Part shown: piece after piece, positions 44,749 through 53,327 of the stretch
Layout of the letters: each line of letters opens with the position of its first letter
Position numbering within the stretch: position 1 is the stretch's first letter
Virus record (IMG/VR): IMGVR_UViG_3300025267_000011
Span: 1-56,659 of that record
Strand: one strand, 5' to 3'
DNA length: 56,659 nucleotides
DNA from: a virus
Taxonomy: Duplodnaviria; Caudoviricetes
Notes under the pieces: generated by a model
What the model saw: the letters and a program-made list of their open reading frames with translations, nothing else
Database searches by the model: none
What the model was told of the DNA's origin: nothing
Program-made: the position numbers and the translations under genes

Positions 44749-45458
44749 GGCTCGTCGTCGCTGGCCGGCAGGTCGGCCGGGTCGACCCCGAGCAGCGCGG
44801 CGAACGCGGCGACCTCGTCCCCGGTGTGGGTGTCGAGGTGGGCCTTCCACGACTCGTGCAGGATCGGGGGCAGCAGCAGCCGCAGCGCGGGCCACAGGTC
44901 CTTGTCGCCCCCGCCGTTGCCGAGCTGGTCGGCGAGGTCGTCGAGGTCGTCGGGCTCGTCGTCGTCGGCGCCGTGGTCGATGTAGAGCGCGGACATGGCC
45001 TCGTAGTCGCCGAGGGTGTACCCGGTGAGCTCCAGCAGGTGCGCGTCGGCGAGGTCGGCCAGGACGTCGGTCATCAGGACCTCGTCGACGCCACCGGCCG
45101 CCGAGAGCTGGTTCGACCCGACGAGGTACGCCTCGGCGTCGAGGTCCGAGCGGGACGCCCACCCGGCGGTGACGGGCATCAGCCACATGCCGTCCGCGGG
45201 GTCGACGTCGATCCCGTCGGGCGGGGACTCCCCGGCCTCGTGCATCGCGCGCAGCTGCTCGTAGCGGCCGTGGCCGGCGACGAGACGCCCGGTGCGTTCG
45301 TCGCGGAGCGGGAGCTCGGCGAAGCCGTGGTGGCTGATCGCGCGGGCGATGCCCTCGTCGTCGTGGAGCTTCGGGTTCCGAGGCGCCAGCAGGACCTTGT
45401 CCAGCCGGACGTACTCGGTGCGACGCCTACCGGGCGTCGGGTGCGTGGTCGGCTCCAC
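44745..45458 (-). CDS. ParB/Srx-like N-terminal domain protein
   Basis: APRNPKLHD, HGF, LVAGHGR, AYLVGSNQL, TGY. Confidence 0.8.
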   Translation of the reverse strand: MEPTTHPTPGRRRTEYVRLDKVLLAPRNPKLHDDEGIARAISHHGFAELPLRDERTGRLVAGHGRYEQLRAMHEAGESPPDGIDVDPADGMWLMPVTAGWASRSDLDAEAYLVGSNQLSAAGGVDEVLMTDVLADLADAHLLELTGYTLGDYEAMSALYIDHGADDDEPDDLDDLADQLGNGGGDKDLWPALRLLLPPILHESWKAHLDTHTGDEVAAFAALLGVDPADLPASDDEP

Positions 45459-45462
45459 GGGG

Positions 45463-45651
45463 CTACCTCTCCTGTCGTGCGGCGCGCAGCCCCTCCGGCA
45501 CGGTGCCGGCGGCGCGCTGCGCCCGGTGCATGGCCCGCGTGGTCGCTTCCCACGCGGCGTCCCCCATCCGGTCGGGGTCGGCGTGGAGCGACAGCTCCAG
45601 CACGACCCGGACGGTGCCCGCGACGACGTCGTGCTCGGCCGTGATCTTCAC
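45463..45651 (-). CDS. Hypothetical protein
   Basis: GTGA coupling; 62 aa. Confidence 0.45.
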   Translation of the reverse strand: MKITAEHDVVAGTVRVVLELSLHADPDRMGDAAWEATTRAMHRAQRAAGTVPEGLRAARQER

Positions 45652-45839
45652 GGCGCGACGTCCGGGGGGGCGGGTGCGGTCGCCGTCGGGGTGGACCCCG
45701 GCGGCGTGGTCGGTGCCGGCGCGACCGGGCCGGGCCGGTAGAGCACCACGGCCAGGAGCGCGACCGCGACGAGGGCGAGGACCGTGGCGAGCACGGCCCG
45801 CCACCGCGACGGCTCAGCGGGTGGCGTGGCGGGAGGCAC
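45648..45839 (-). CDS. Small membrane protein
   Basis: RBS AAGGAG; single TM. Confidence 0.5.
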   Translation of the reverse strand: MPPATPPAEPSRWRAVLATVLALVAVALLAVVLYRPGPVAPAPTTPPGSTPTATAPAPPDVAP

Positions 45840-46169
45840 GGCCGGGCTCCTTCCGCTCGCCGACGGGCCGGACCGGTGGGGGAGCGGGCCGTGTCGTCCC
45901 GGGCATGGTCAGCACCCACAGCCACACCGGCACGCCGCCGATGAACCCCACGAGCATCGAGCCGAGCACCAGCACGAGCACCTGGTGCGGGAGGAACGCG
46001 AGCACGGCGCTACGCCGCGGTGACGGCCACGACCGGGCCGTGGTCGACCAGGGCGGGCGCGGACAGCCCGGCCGTCGCGGCGAGCAGCGCGAGCACGGCG
46101 AGCACGGCGGGCAGGGCACGACGGTGTCGGGGCACCGTTCCTCCTCGGGGGTGGTTCGTCCGATCGGCG

Positions 46170-46196
46170 GTAACGGTGAGCCGGTCAGGGGCCGAT
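46170..46196 (+). promoter_or_regulatory. ECF (SigD-like) promoter
   Basis: GTAACG-17nt-CGAT, 9 nt before an ATG that lacks an RBS. Confidence 0.45.
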
Positions 46197-46205
46197 GTGT
46201 CGGGC

Positions 46206-46748
46206 ATGAGCGCTCAGCACGGCGGGCCCGGGTACTACCCCGCCCCGCCCCGTCGTCGTCGTGTGTGGCCGTGGGTGTTGCTCGCCGTCGCGCTGGTCCC
46301 GCTCCTCGGGTTCGCCGCGTGCACCGCGCTGGTCGGTGGGGCGATCTCCGCGGTGGACCAGGCCCGGCAGGGCGGCACGGTGACGATCGGGGAGACGTTC
46401 ACCTACGACTCCGGGTTGGCGATCACCACGGCCGCGCCGACCCCGTACGACGCGGGGAACGAGTTCATCGTCGCCCCCGGAGAACAGGCCTACGAGGTGC
46501 TCGTGACGGTGACGAACGGGACCCCGAACCCGGTCGGCGCGACGCTGATCACGACGAACGCCACGGTCAACAACATGCCGGCCGCGCAGGTGTTCGACGG
46601 GGCGGTCTTCCCGACCCAGGACATAGCGCCGGGTCAGGCGCTGACGATCCCGTTCCGCTTCAAGGTCCCCGCCGGCACCACGGGGCCGCTGCAGATCGCG
46701 GTGACGGGCGCGTTCAACGAGCCGGTGTTCTTCACCGGCCAGCTGTAG
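46206..46748 (+). CDS. Membrane-anchored Ig-like protein (DUF4352-like), moron
   Basis: TM helix, VTVTNGT, IAPGQ...F.F.VP; opposite strand to its neighbours. Confidence 0.7.
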   Translation: MSAQHGGPGYYPAPPRRRRVWPWVLLAVALVPLLGFAACTALVGGAISAVDQARQGGTVTIGETFTYDSGLAITTAAPTPYDAGNEFIVAPGEQAYEVLVTVTNGTPNPVGATLITTNATVNNMPAAQVFDGAVFPTQDIAPGQALTIPFRFKVPAGTTGPLQIAVTGAFNEPVFFTGQL

Positions 46749-47115
46749 CGAGCCGGGCCAGGAGGGCGACGGCATCGTCCCCGACGGCCAGCGGCGCGGG
46801 CGCCTCGTAGGGGCGCCCGCCCGGGCCGGGCCGGTCGGGGTGCCCAGCGGGTAGGGACCACCGGGCGTGTTCGCGCTCCCAGCGGGCCAGCACGGCGCGG
46901 TCCCGGTCCAGCAGCGGCCGGGCCCCGAGGAGCGGCAGCAGGCCGGCGTGGGCGGCGCACGCGAACATCAGCCACACCTCGAGAGGGCGGCCGGGTCGAC
47001 GGACGCGGACCGCCCCGACCCGTTCGACCGGGGCCGGGCAGGATCGCGGCTTGCCCTGGTTCCCGTCGGGTGGCAGCGCGGCGCAGCCTGGCGCTCCGAG
47101 GACCCGCGGGATCAC
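46732..47115 (-). CDS. Hypothetical protein
   Basis: ORF with Cys/His residues; convergent with the moron. Confidence 0.4.
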   Translation of the reverse strand: MIPRVLGAPGCAALPPDGNQGKPRSCPAPVERVGAVRVRRPGRPLEVWLMFACAAHAGLLPLLGARPLLDRDRAVLARWEREHARWSLPAGHPDRPGPGGRPYEAPAPLAVGDDAVALLARLATAGR

Positions 47116-47144
47116 GGCCTGGGAGCGTAGCTACCGCGGGCGGA

Positions 47145-47618
47145 TCACCCGCAGGAGCCGCCGCCGTCGAACCCGCCACCCCCGCCGCTGTAGCTCACGC
47201 CGCTGTCCCCGGACGATGGGGCGGGGGAACAGGCGGGGGCCGAGTGGCCGCCGGTGTTCCACGTGCTCACGACGGGGGTCGTGTAGTCGACCGGGATCGA
47301 CGCGACCCGGGCGGCGTGCCGGGGCCCGCTGGTCCGGGTCGACGTGACGGACGGCCGGGGGGAGGGGTGGCGTTCTTGCGCGGCGCGGCGGTGCACCTCG
47401 GCGGCGAGGGTCTCGACGTCGACCAGCGGGGAGCGGGGCGGCGCGGGCGGGGCGATCCTGCGGGTGTCCGGCCGCGGGTCGTCGACGACGACCACCCGAG
47501 AGGCCACCGGGGCGACCGGTCCCCGGGGGCGGCGCAGCCACACCAGGGCCGCGACCAGCCAGCCCAGCGGGAGCACGATCATCAGCGCGACGGCGAGCGG
47601 TTCGGGGATCATCACCAC
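47145..47618 (-). CDS. Membrane protein with Gly-rich tail
   Basis: RBS AGGAGG; N-terminal TM; SGGGGGFDGGGSCG tail. Confidence 0.55.
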   Translation of the reverse strand: MVMIPEPLAVALMIVLPLGWLVAALVWLRRPRGPVAPVASRVVVVDDPRPDTRRIAPPAPPRSPLVDVETLAAEVHRRAAQERHPSPRPSVTSTRTSGPRHAARVASIPVDYTTPVVSTWNTGGHSAPACSPAPSSGDSGVSYSGGGGGFDGGGSCG

Positions 47619-47643
47619 GGGGATACCTCCTACGGGTATGCGG

Positions 47644-48741
47644 TTACGGTTCCGCAGCTCGGCGCATCTGCGCCCGGCGGGCACTGCTCACCGACCTGAT
47701 GTAGCCCAGGACCACGGTCGACCCGGGCGCCCAGCGGCCACGCTCGATGATCTGGTCGAGGAGCCACCCGTCGAGGTACATCTGCGTGGCGCCCCCAGCG
47801 CGGAGGCTGTGCGCGGAGTACAGCTCGGCCTCAGCCAGCCCGGCCCGGCCCGCCAGGTCCTTGACCAGGTCGTTGACCGCGTCCCCGGTCATCGGGCCCA
47901 GGACCCGGCCGCCGATGCCGATGGTGCGCAGCAGCGGCCCGTCCCAGCCCAGGCCGGCGGCGGCGCGGGCCTCCCGGTATGCGGCCAGCGCCAGCGCGAT
48001 ATCCGACCGCGGGTCGTGCAGGTGCTCGGCGACCGGGTCGACGGTGACGGTGACGCCCTCGGACAGCTTGTCCGTCTTCGAGGCCGCGATGAACAGCTCG
48101 ACGCCCTCGCCCGGGGGCCGGACCGGGCGGACGTCGCGGGCGTGCAGCCCGACGATCTCCGAGCGGCGCAACAGCCCGCCGAACCCGACGGCGAGCAGGA
48201 GCCGATCCTGGCGGCCCCGAAGGGTGTCCGGGTCGCACACGTCGATCATGCGGTGCAGGTCGTCCCGCAGCAGCGGCGGTGCCTGGTGAACGCGGACCCC
48301 GCGGGCGGCCAGCTCCCGGGCGTGGCCGCGGGCGATGATCCGCGCGAGGTGCGCGGGCGGCTGCTCCGGGTACCCGGACAGCGCGTGGTGCGAGCGCACC
48401 GCGGCGATGGCCTGCCGCAGCGACGACACCCCGAGCCCGTTGCCCTTCACGTCGGCGATGTAGGACGCCAGGGTCTCCGCGGTCATCGGCAGCGCGACCC
48501 GGCCGCGGTCCTCGCACCACTCCTCGGCGTCCCGGACCCACCGGGCGTAGGCGCGCCGGGTGTTGGCCGGCACCCCGGCCTGGATGGCTTCCTCGGTCGC
48601 GGCGTCCACCTCCCGGTCGATCGCCGACCACACCGACTCCGGAGCGGCGGGGGAGTGCGGGACCGGGACGGCCCGGACGTGCTGCACGGGCACGAGCTCG
48701 CCGGAGGCGACGTCCGGACGGGCCAGCTGGTCACCGGTCAC
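47644..48741 (-). CDS. Cre-like tyrosine recombinase
   Basis: NTRRAY..W, DR.LL..GF.GLLRRSE, SKTD, HSLRAGGAT, GRW, V.GY. Confidence 0.9.
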   Translation of the reverse strand: MTGDQLARPDVASGELVPVQHVRAVPVPHSPAAPESVWSAIDREVDAATEEAIQAGVPANTRRAYARWVRDAEEWCEDRGRVALPMTAETLASYIADVKGNGLGVSSLRQAIAAVRSHHALSGYPEQPPAHLARIIARGHARELAARGVRVHQAPPLLRDDLHRMIDVCDPDTLRGRQDRLLLAVGFGGLLRRSEIVGLHARDVRPVRPPGEGVELFIAASKTDKLSEGVTVTVDPVAEHLHDPRSDIALALAAYREARAAAGLGWDGPLLRTIGIGGRVLGPMTGDAVNDLVKDLAGRAGLAEAELYSAHSLRAGGATQMYLDGWLLDQIIERGRWAPGSTVVLGYIRSVSSARRAQMRRAAEP

Positions 48742-48968
48742 CGGTCGCCCTCGTCATCCAGCTTGCGCATTGCGCGGAGGGCAGCGAAGGAGCCCACGAC
48801 GGCGCACGTGAGCAGCACCACGACGAGCACGACCGCGACAGCGCGCTGCAGCTGATCGAAGCCCGCCCAACCAGGGACGATGTGGAAGCGGTAGACGAGC
48901 CACATGGTCACCACGGCCACACCGAGCGCGGCGGCTCGGAAGAGGAGCCTGGCTGCGTCGGCGCTCAC
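48738..48968 (-). CDS. Two-TM membrane protein
   Basis: Hydrophobic helices; coupled. Confidence 0.55.
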   Translation of the reverse strand: MSADAARLLFRAAALGVAVVTMWLVYRFHIVPGWAGFDQLQRAVAVVLVVVLLTCAVVGSFAALRAMRKLDDEGDR

Positions 48969-49462
48969 CGGGGCGGGTCCTGCAGGCCGTCGGGCAGGTA
49001 GGCGGCGGCGAGCCGGTCGAGCGCGGAGGCCAGTCGGTCAGGGACGAAGCTGTCCGGCTGGTCGCGCTCGTACACCCACCGCCGGGCGGCGTCACGGGCG
49101 AGGTCGTCACGGTGCGCCCGCTCGGCCGCGGGGTCGTCCCGCTCAGGGAAGGCGCGCCGGGCGGCGAGGATCGCGGAGGGGCAGGGGTACCCGTGCGGGT
49201 GCGCCGCGCCGCACTCGCACACGTAGAACCCGTCCGAGACGGTCGGCGTGTCTTGGCCCCGTCGGAGCGGGTGCACGTTGGGCGGGAGGCTGGTCCCGGG
49301 CATGGTCGTCGTCAGGATCACCGTCGCCGGGTCGATGCGGTCGACCGTGATCCGCCCATCGGCGTGACGCGTGAGCTGCAGGTAGCCGTTCCCGACCAGG
49401 CCGCAGTCACGCCGGGCCACGTCCAGCGCGGCGTCCAGCCCGGGCGGCTCCGGGGCGCTCAC
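48965..49462 (-). CDS. Hypothetical protein with Zn-ribbon
   Basis: CECG..H...C; GTGA coupling. Confidence 0.5.
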   Translation of the reverse strand: MSAPEPPGLDAALDVARRDCGLVGNGYLQLTRHADGRITVDRIDPATVILTTTMPGTSLPPNVHPLRRGQDTPTVSDGFYVCECGAAHPHGYPCPSAILAARRAFPERDDPAAERAHRDDLARDAARRWVYERDQPDSFVPDRLASALDRLAAAYLPDGLQDPPR

Positions 49463-49860
49463 CGGTGCCCCAGTCGCGCGGCGAGCTGGTGGGCGTCGTC
49501 GATGCTCTCGGCGAGGAGGTAGGCGGTGCGCGCGGCCTCGCCACACGCGGACGCCGCCGACACCGCGGTGTGGCGGGCGTCCTCGCCGCGGTCGTCGTAG
49601 AGCGTCGGGGAGCCGGCGATGCGCTCGGCCGCGTCGTCGAGCTGCTGGAGCACCTGCGCGAGCCGTGGCCCCACGACGGACAGGTGCGACAGTACGGCGC
49701 CCAGGTCGGGGCTGCTCGGGATCGCGCCGCGCGAGCGGGTCGCGTTGGCGAGGTAGCGCAGGAGGTCGCCAACGGTCTCCGCGGCGGCGGCCACGCGCTC
49801 CGGGGTGTGCGGGCCGTCGTAGGGGAACGCCGCGGCGACGAGGTCGGCCGGGGCGCTCAC
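49459..49860 (-). CDS. Hypothetical helical protein
   Basis: PYDGPHT...LRYLANAT; GTGA coupling. Confidence 0.55.
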   Translation of the reverse strand: MSAPADLVAAAFPYDGPHTPERVAAAAETVGDLLRYLANATRSRGAIPSSPDLGAVLSHLSVVGPRLAQVLQQLDDAAERIAGSPTLYDDRGEDARHTAVSAASACGEAARTAYLLAESIDDAHQLAARLGHR

Positions 49861-50021
49861 CGGGCACCGCCAGCGGCACGACCAAGGGTGTCGTGCATCG
49901 CCGCGCTGCGGTCCATCCGGTCCGCGCGCTCGGCGAGCCCGTCCGCTCGGCACCGCCGGGCCGCGGCGCGGTACTGCTCGGCTTCGTGCTCGTGACGGGC
50001 GCGCCGCTCGTTCTCGGGCAT
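49857..50021 (-). CDS. Small hypothetical protein
   Basis: RBS GGGGAG, ATG; 54 aa; coupled. Confidence 0.5.
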   Translation of the reverse strand: MPENERRARHEHEAEQYRAAARRCRADGLAERADRMDRSAAMHDTLGRAAGGAR

Positions 50022-50081
50022 GGTCTGCTCCCCAGGTTGCCCGGGGTCCGTCTGACCCCGGATACCACCCGAGCGTAGTCC

Positions 50082-50099
50082 TGATAACTCTTGTTATCA
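50082..50099. promoter_or_regulatory. Palindromic operator candidate
   Basis: TGATAAC-TCTT-GTTATCA, AT-rich, upstream of the operon leading to the recombinase. Confidence 0.5.
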
Positions 50100-50283
50100 C
50101 GGAAACACGCCGGGCGGCCCCTCCGCGAGGAGCCCGCCGTTCACCGCGTCCGTCTCAGCGGGCAGTCCTCGATCCGGCAGCCGCGGGCGGCGTCGCGCCG
50201 CTCGGTCCGGTTGTCGGCCACGGCCCCGAGCGGGCAGCACAGCCCTCGCGGTGTGGACACCCGCGGAGGGCGCGCCGCGCCGC

Positions 50284-50490
50284 TCACGTCTCGCGGGTCC
50301 ACCGGCCGTCGACGAGATCGCACTCGACGGCGCCGATCTCCCGCTCGACCTGGGCGCCACCGGCGGCGGCGGCCAGCTCGACAGGGGTCGGGGCCGGGAC
50401 GGTCTCGCAGGGGTCGGCGGGCCAGCGGCACCCGGTGAGGGTGAGGGCGGCCGCGACGGCGGCGAGGGCGACAACGACGGGGCGACGCAT
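50284..50490 (-). CDS. Small lipoprotein
   Basis: Signal peptide with lipobox LTGC; RBS AGGGAG. Confidence 0.65.
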   Translation of the reverse strand: MRRPVVVALAAVAAALTLTGCRWPADPCETVPAPTPVELAAAAGGAQVEREIGAVECDLVDGRWTRET

Positions 50491-50558
50491 GAGGGCTCCC
50501 TGTTTGTACTGCTCAGGGCCCTGACGTGTCAGGGCCGGTGATAAAACGACGCGCGGAG

Positions 50559-50744
50559 TCACACCCCGTGACGGTCGCGCTCCCGCTGGATGGCGACGAG
50601 GCCGGCGACGAACCCGCACCCGAACGAGACGGACACGAGCGGCGCGTTGAGCCACCACGGCATCACCGCGCCCCAGGCGAACGACACGACGAACCCGACG
50701 GCGGCGACCGTGGCGTTGCCCATGCCGACGAGGAGGGGTCTCAC
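50559..50744 (-). CDS. Small membrane protein
   Basis: Two TMs; coupled. Confidence 0.45.
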   Translation of the reverse strand: MRPLLVGMGNATVAAVGFVVSFAWGAVMPWWLNAPLVSVSFGCGFVAGLVAIQRERDRHGV

Positions 50745-50941
50745 GGGGCGCTGCCGGGCGGCGAGACGGCGGGCACCGCGCAGGACGCCGGGTCGCACCA
50801 GCGGACCTCCGTCGGGAGGGAGGTGCCGACGATCGCGCCGGCGGCGAACAGCGCGGCCCCGGCGGTGAGCGTGGCGAGCTTGGTCACGGCGTCGACGAGG
50901 TCGGCGTGCCAGGCCGGGCGCGGCTCGATGCGGCGGGTCAC
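50741..50941 (-). CDS. Small membrane protein
   Basis: One TM; coupled. Confidence 0.45.
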   Translation of the reverse strand: MTRRIEPRPAWHADLVDAVTKLATLTAGAALFAAGAIVGTSLPTEVRWCDPASCAVPAVSPPGSAP

Positions 50942-51168
50942 CGCTGGTCCCGCTCGGCGCGCCAGGCCCGCGCGTTCCGGCCGTACACCAGGCCGTAGGC
51001 CAGCGCGCTGCCGATGAACCCCCACTGGCGGGTGGCGATCGCGTAGGCGATCCACAGGGCTTGGGCGGCCAGCCCGACGGCCCAGCCCCACCAGGAGCGA
51101 CGGCCGGCGAGGTAGAGCCCGAGCACGCCCACGGCAGTGAGCACGACCGACCACCAGACCGGGATCAC
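50938..51168 (-). CDS. Small PnuC-like Trp-rich membrane protein
   Basis: GLYLAGRRSWWGWAVG..Q.LW..Y; RBS AAGGGAGG. Confidence 0.55.
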   Translation of the reverse strand: MIPVWWSVVLTAVGVLGLYLAGRRSWWGWAVGLAAQALWIAYAIATRQWGFIGSALAYGLVYGRNARAWRAERDQR

Positions 51169-51194
51169 GTGGGGCCTCCCTTGATCGTGTAGGT

Positions 51195-51222
51195 GCCCGG
51201 CCCGGCCGAAGCCGGGCCGGGC
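51195..51222 (-). terminator. Hairpin with C(UUCG)G loop
   Basis: gcccggcccggc-cgaa-gccgggccgggc. Confidence 0.55.
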
Positions 51223-51303
51223 GCGCAGGGTTGCTAGCCCTGCCCGGGCGCCCGCGCGAGCGGCCCGCGGTTCGGCTCCCCAGCCCCAGAGGGGCGCCGA
51301 CGA

Positions 51304-51534
51304 TCAGGGGGTGACGGCCTCCAGCAGCCGGGCGCGGGTCGCGCTCTCGACGTCGGAGGGGAGCCACCGGGAGCGGTCCGGCGCGGTGCCGAACCCGAAC
51401 GAGAAGTCCCCGGAGTGCCGGTGCGCGCTCGCCGGCGGGTACTCCGCGGCCGGGGCGGGCGCCGGTTCGGGCAGGCGCGGCCCGAGTTCCACCTCGAGCA
51501 CGGTCTGCCCGAGGACTCGGACGGTGAGCTTCAC
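51304..51534 (-). CDS. Hypothetical protein
   Basis: GTGA coupling; VKLTVRVLG...FGFG. Confidence 0.45.
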   Translation of the reverse strand: MKLTVRVLGQTVLEVELGPRLPEPAPAPAAEYPPASAHRHSGDFSFGFGTAPDRSRWLPSDVESATRARLLEAVTP

Positions 51535-51764
51535 GGGAGCCTCCGCAGCAGCAGCACGCCGGTGCGGGGCTGCGGGGCCCCGATCTCGTAGCGGGCGTGC
51601 GGCGCGAACTCCACGACCCCCGGGTGTGGCCGGTACCGGGCCGGGAGCTCGGCGAGGGCCTGCGGGGTGATCGCGGACAGCAGCGGGGTGGTGAGCACGG
51701 CGAGGCTGCCGTCCGCGCGGCGGCGGACCACGATCTCCTCGACGCGGTACGCGGCGCCGATCAC
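51531..51764 (-). CDS. Hypothetical protein
   Basis: Coupled ORF. Confidence 0.45.
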   Translation of the reverse strand: MIGAAYRVEEIVVRRRADGSLAVLTTPLLSAITPQALAELPARYRPHPGVVEFAPHARYEIGAPQPRTGVLLLRRLP

Positions 51765-52027
51765 GGCAGCGGCGTCGCGAGGAGGGTCGCGGCGGCGCGG
51801 GCGACGAGGCTGTCCGGGGCGACCCGGTAGCCGAAGTCAGCGACGGCGCGCAGCTCGCGGGCGAGGAGGTCCCCCACCGGGCCGGGGTGGAGCCGGGTGG
51901 CGCGGAACGCCGCGGCCCGGTACCGGGCGGGCTCGTTCCCGATGAACGGCTCCGGGGGGACCTGGGCGGCCCCGACGGGCTGCACCGGGATGGGGTCGAC
52001 CCTGGGGAACACCGCGCCTCCTGACAT
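51761..52027 (-). CDS. Hypothetical protein
   Basis: RAAAFRATRLHPGPVGDLLAREL motif, recalled from small Pseudonocardia-type proteins (unverified). Confidence 0.5.
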   Translation of the reverse strand: MSGGAVFPRVDPIPVQPVGAAQVPPEPFIGNEPARYRAAAFRATRLHPGPVGDLLARELRAVADFGYRVAPDSLVARAAATLLATPLP

Positions 52028-52197
52028 AACGGGGTAGGTGCCGGGCGGGGCGGCCATGCCACCGCGGGTGAGGGACCACCGGGCGCCAGCCCCGCCCCGA
52101 GCACTGGGGCGGGCGGCGTGTCCTGCGGTGGCCGGGGGTGTCACACCTGCGGGGATGCCCGGCCGGGGTGCGCCACCCCGCCCGGCGTCGGGGGGGA

Positions 52198-52455
52198 TCA
52201 GAGACGATGGAGGTAGTGCTCGAACGGGCGCGTCGGGTGCGGGCGGCCGATGAGGTACCGGCCCGACGGGAGGACGACGACCTGCTCGTTCCCCGGCTCC
52301 CGGGGCAGGTCCTCCAGCACGGTGACGTGGAGGGCGTTCCGGCGACGGTCGGGGTCGACGGGCTCGACCTCGACGACGACGTCGGGGCCGGCGAAGGGCC
52401 GCCACACCGCCGTCATCTGGCCGGTGGTCTCGACGGCGGTCGCGGTCGCGGTCAC
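52198..52455 (-). CDS. Hypothetical protein
   Basis: RBS GAGGA; coupled. Confidence 0.45.
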   Translation of the reverse strand: MTATATAVETTGQMTAVWRPFAGPDVVVEVEPVDPDRRRNALHVTVLEDLPREPGNEQVVVLPSGRYLIGRPHPTRPFEHYLHRL

Positions 52456-52652
52456 GGGTTCCTCTCGGGTTCGATGGCCTCGTGGGGTCGCTCCAGGGGG
52501 GCGAGGGTCCACAGCAGCACGGGGACGGCGACGCACCACAGCGCCGCGATCAGCGGGTGCAGGTTGAGCACGATCAGCCCGGTGACGATGACCAGGAGGG
52601 CGCGGCCGTCGCGGGGCGGCCCGTACTGCAGGGCGCGGTAGGCGCGGATCAT
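52452..52652 (-). CDS. Small membrane protein
   Basis: Two TMs; TGATG coupling. Confidence 0.45.
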   Translation of the reverse strand: MIRAYRALQYGPPRDGRALLVIVTGLIVLNLHPLIAALWCVAVPVLLWTLAPLERPHEAIEPERNP

Positions 52653-52915
52653 CAGACCCTCCTCGGCCAGTGCCAGGTGCTCGGCGTGTGGATGTGGCCG
52701 CAGGTGGTGTCGCCGGCGAGGGCGACGCCGCGGCCGTGGTCGTAGGCCGCCGGGTGGGAGTGCCACACGAACCGGGCGGCGTCGACGGGGTCGCGGAGCA
52801 GCACGGCCAGCTCGCACCGCTCGCCCACGTGCACGACCTTCGCGGGGACGCATTCGCCGCCCCACACGTAGTGGACGTCCGCGCCGATGGTGGGCGCCGG
52901 CCTCGGGCCCGTCAC
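52652..52915 (-). CDS. Hypothetical protein
   Basis: PTIG..VHY..C.PA.V ... TWHWP motif of small phage proteins. Confidence 0.55.
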   Translation of the reverse strand: MTGPRPAPTIGADVHYVWGGECVPAKVVHVGERCELAVLLRDPVDAARFVWHSHPAAYDHGRGVALAGDTTCGHIHTPSTWHWPRRV

Positions 52916-53142
52916 CGGTCACCCCGGATCGTGGCGAGCGGTCGCGGCTCGCCGTCGGTGGACACGGTGAACGCCGCGCACGTGGCGTCCGGGTCGGCGA
53001 GCAGCGCCGCGCGGTGCTCGTCGAGGGCGTGGTCCATCGCCACCGTCCAGGCCCGGCCCGCGGTGGTGACGATGCGGCCGTCGACGTCGGGGCACAGGTG
53101 GCAGCGGACGATGACGGGCAGGTTCCGGGACCGGGCGGTGAT
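52912..53142 (-). CDS. Small Zn-binding protein (possible ATC start)
   Basis: CHLC...H..H; GGGGGGAG 6 nt before ATC. Confidence 0.4.
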   Translation of the reverse strand: MTARSRNLPVIVRCHLCPDVDGRIVTTAGRAWTVAMDHALDEHRAALLADPDATCAAFTVSTDGEPRPLATIRGDR

Positions 53143-53327
53143 GGTGCGCTCCCCCCGGTGCGCGACAGCCCGCCCACGCGCCACGGAGCAACGGGCGCGC
53201 GGGCGGGCTGTCGAGTGGCGGCGTCCGGCCCCGCTTCCCCACGGGTGCCCGGGCTCTCCACGCCTGGCGGGGCGGGGGCTCTCGGGCTGGCCGGTTCGGT
53301 GCGTCGGGCACACCTCTGCCGGGCATG

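Noticed and set aside
44745-45458. ParB partner of the ParA at 8034-8969
   Set aside because: No HTH; it sits in the modification operon, and ParA has its own coupled RHH partner
51225-51245. preQ1-I riboswitch (CUAGC loop hairpin)
   Set aside because: Loop too short and the required A-rich 3' tail is absent
53200-53300. Cobalamin riboswitch (GGGAAG, GCCACU on minus strand)
   Set aside because: Motifs are in the wrong order and the core elements are missing
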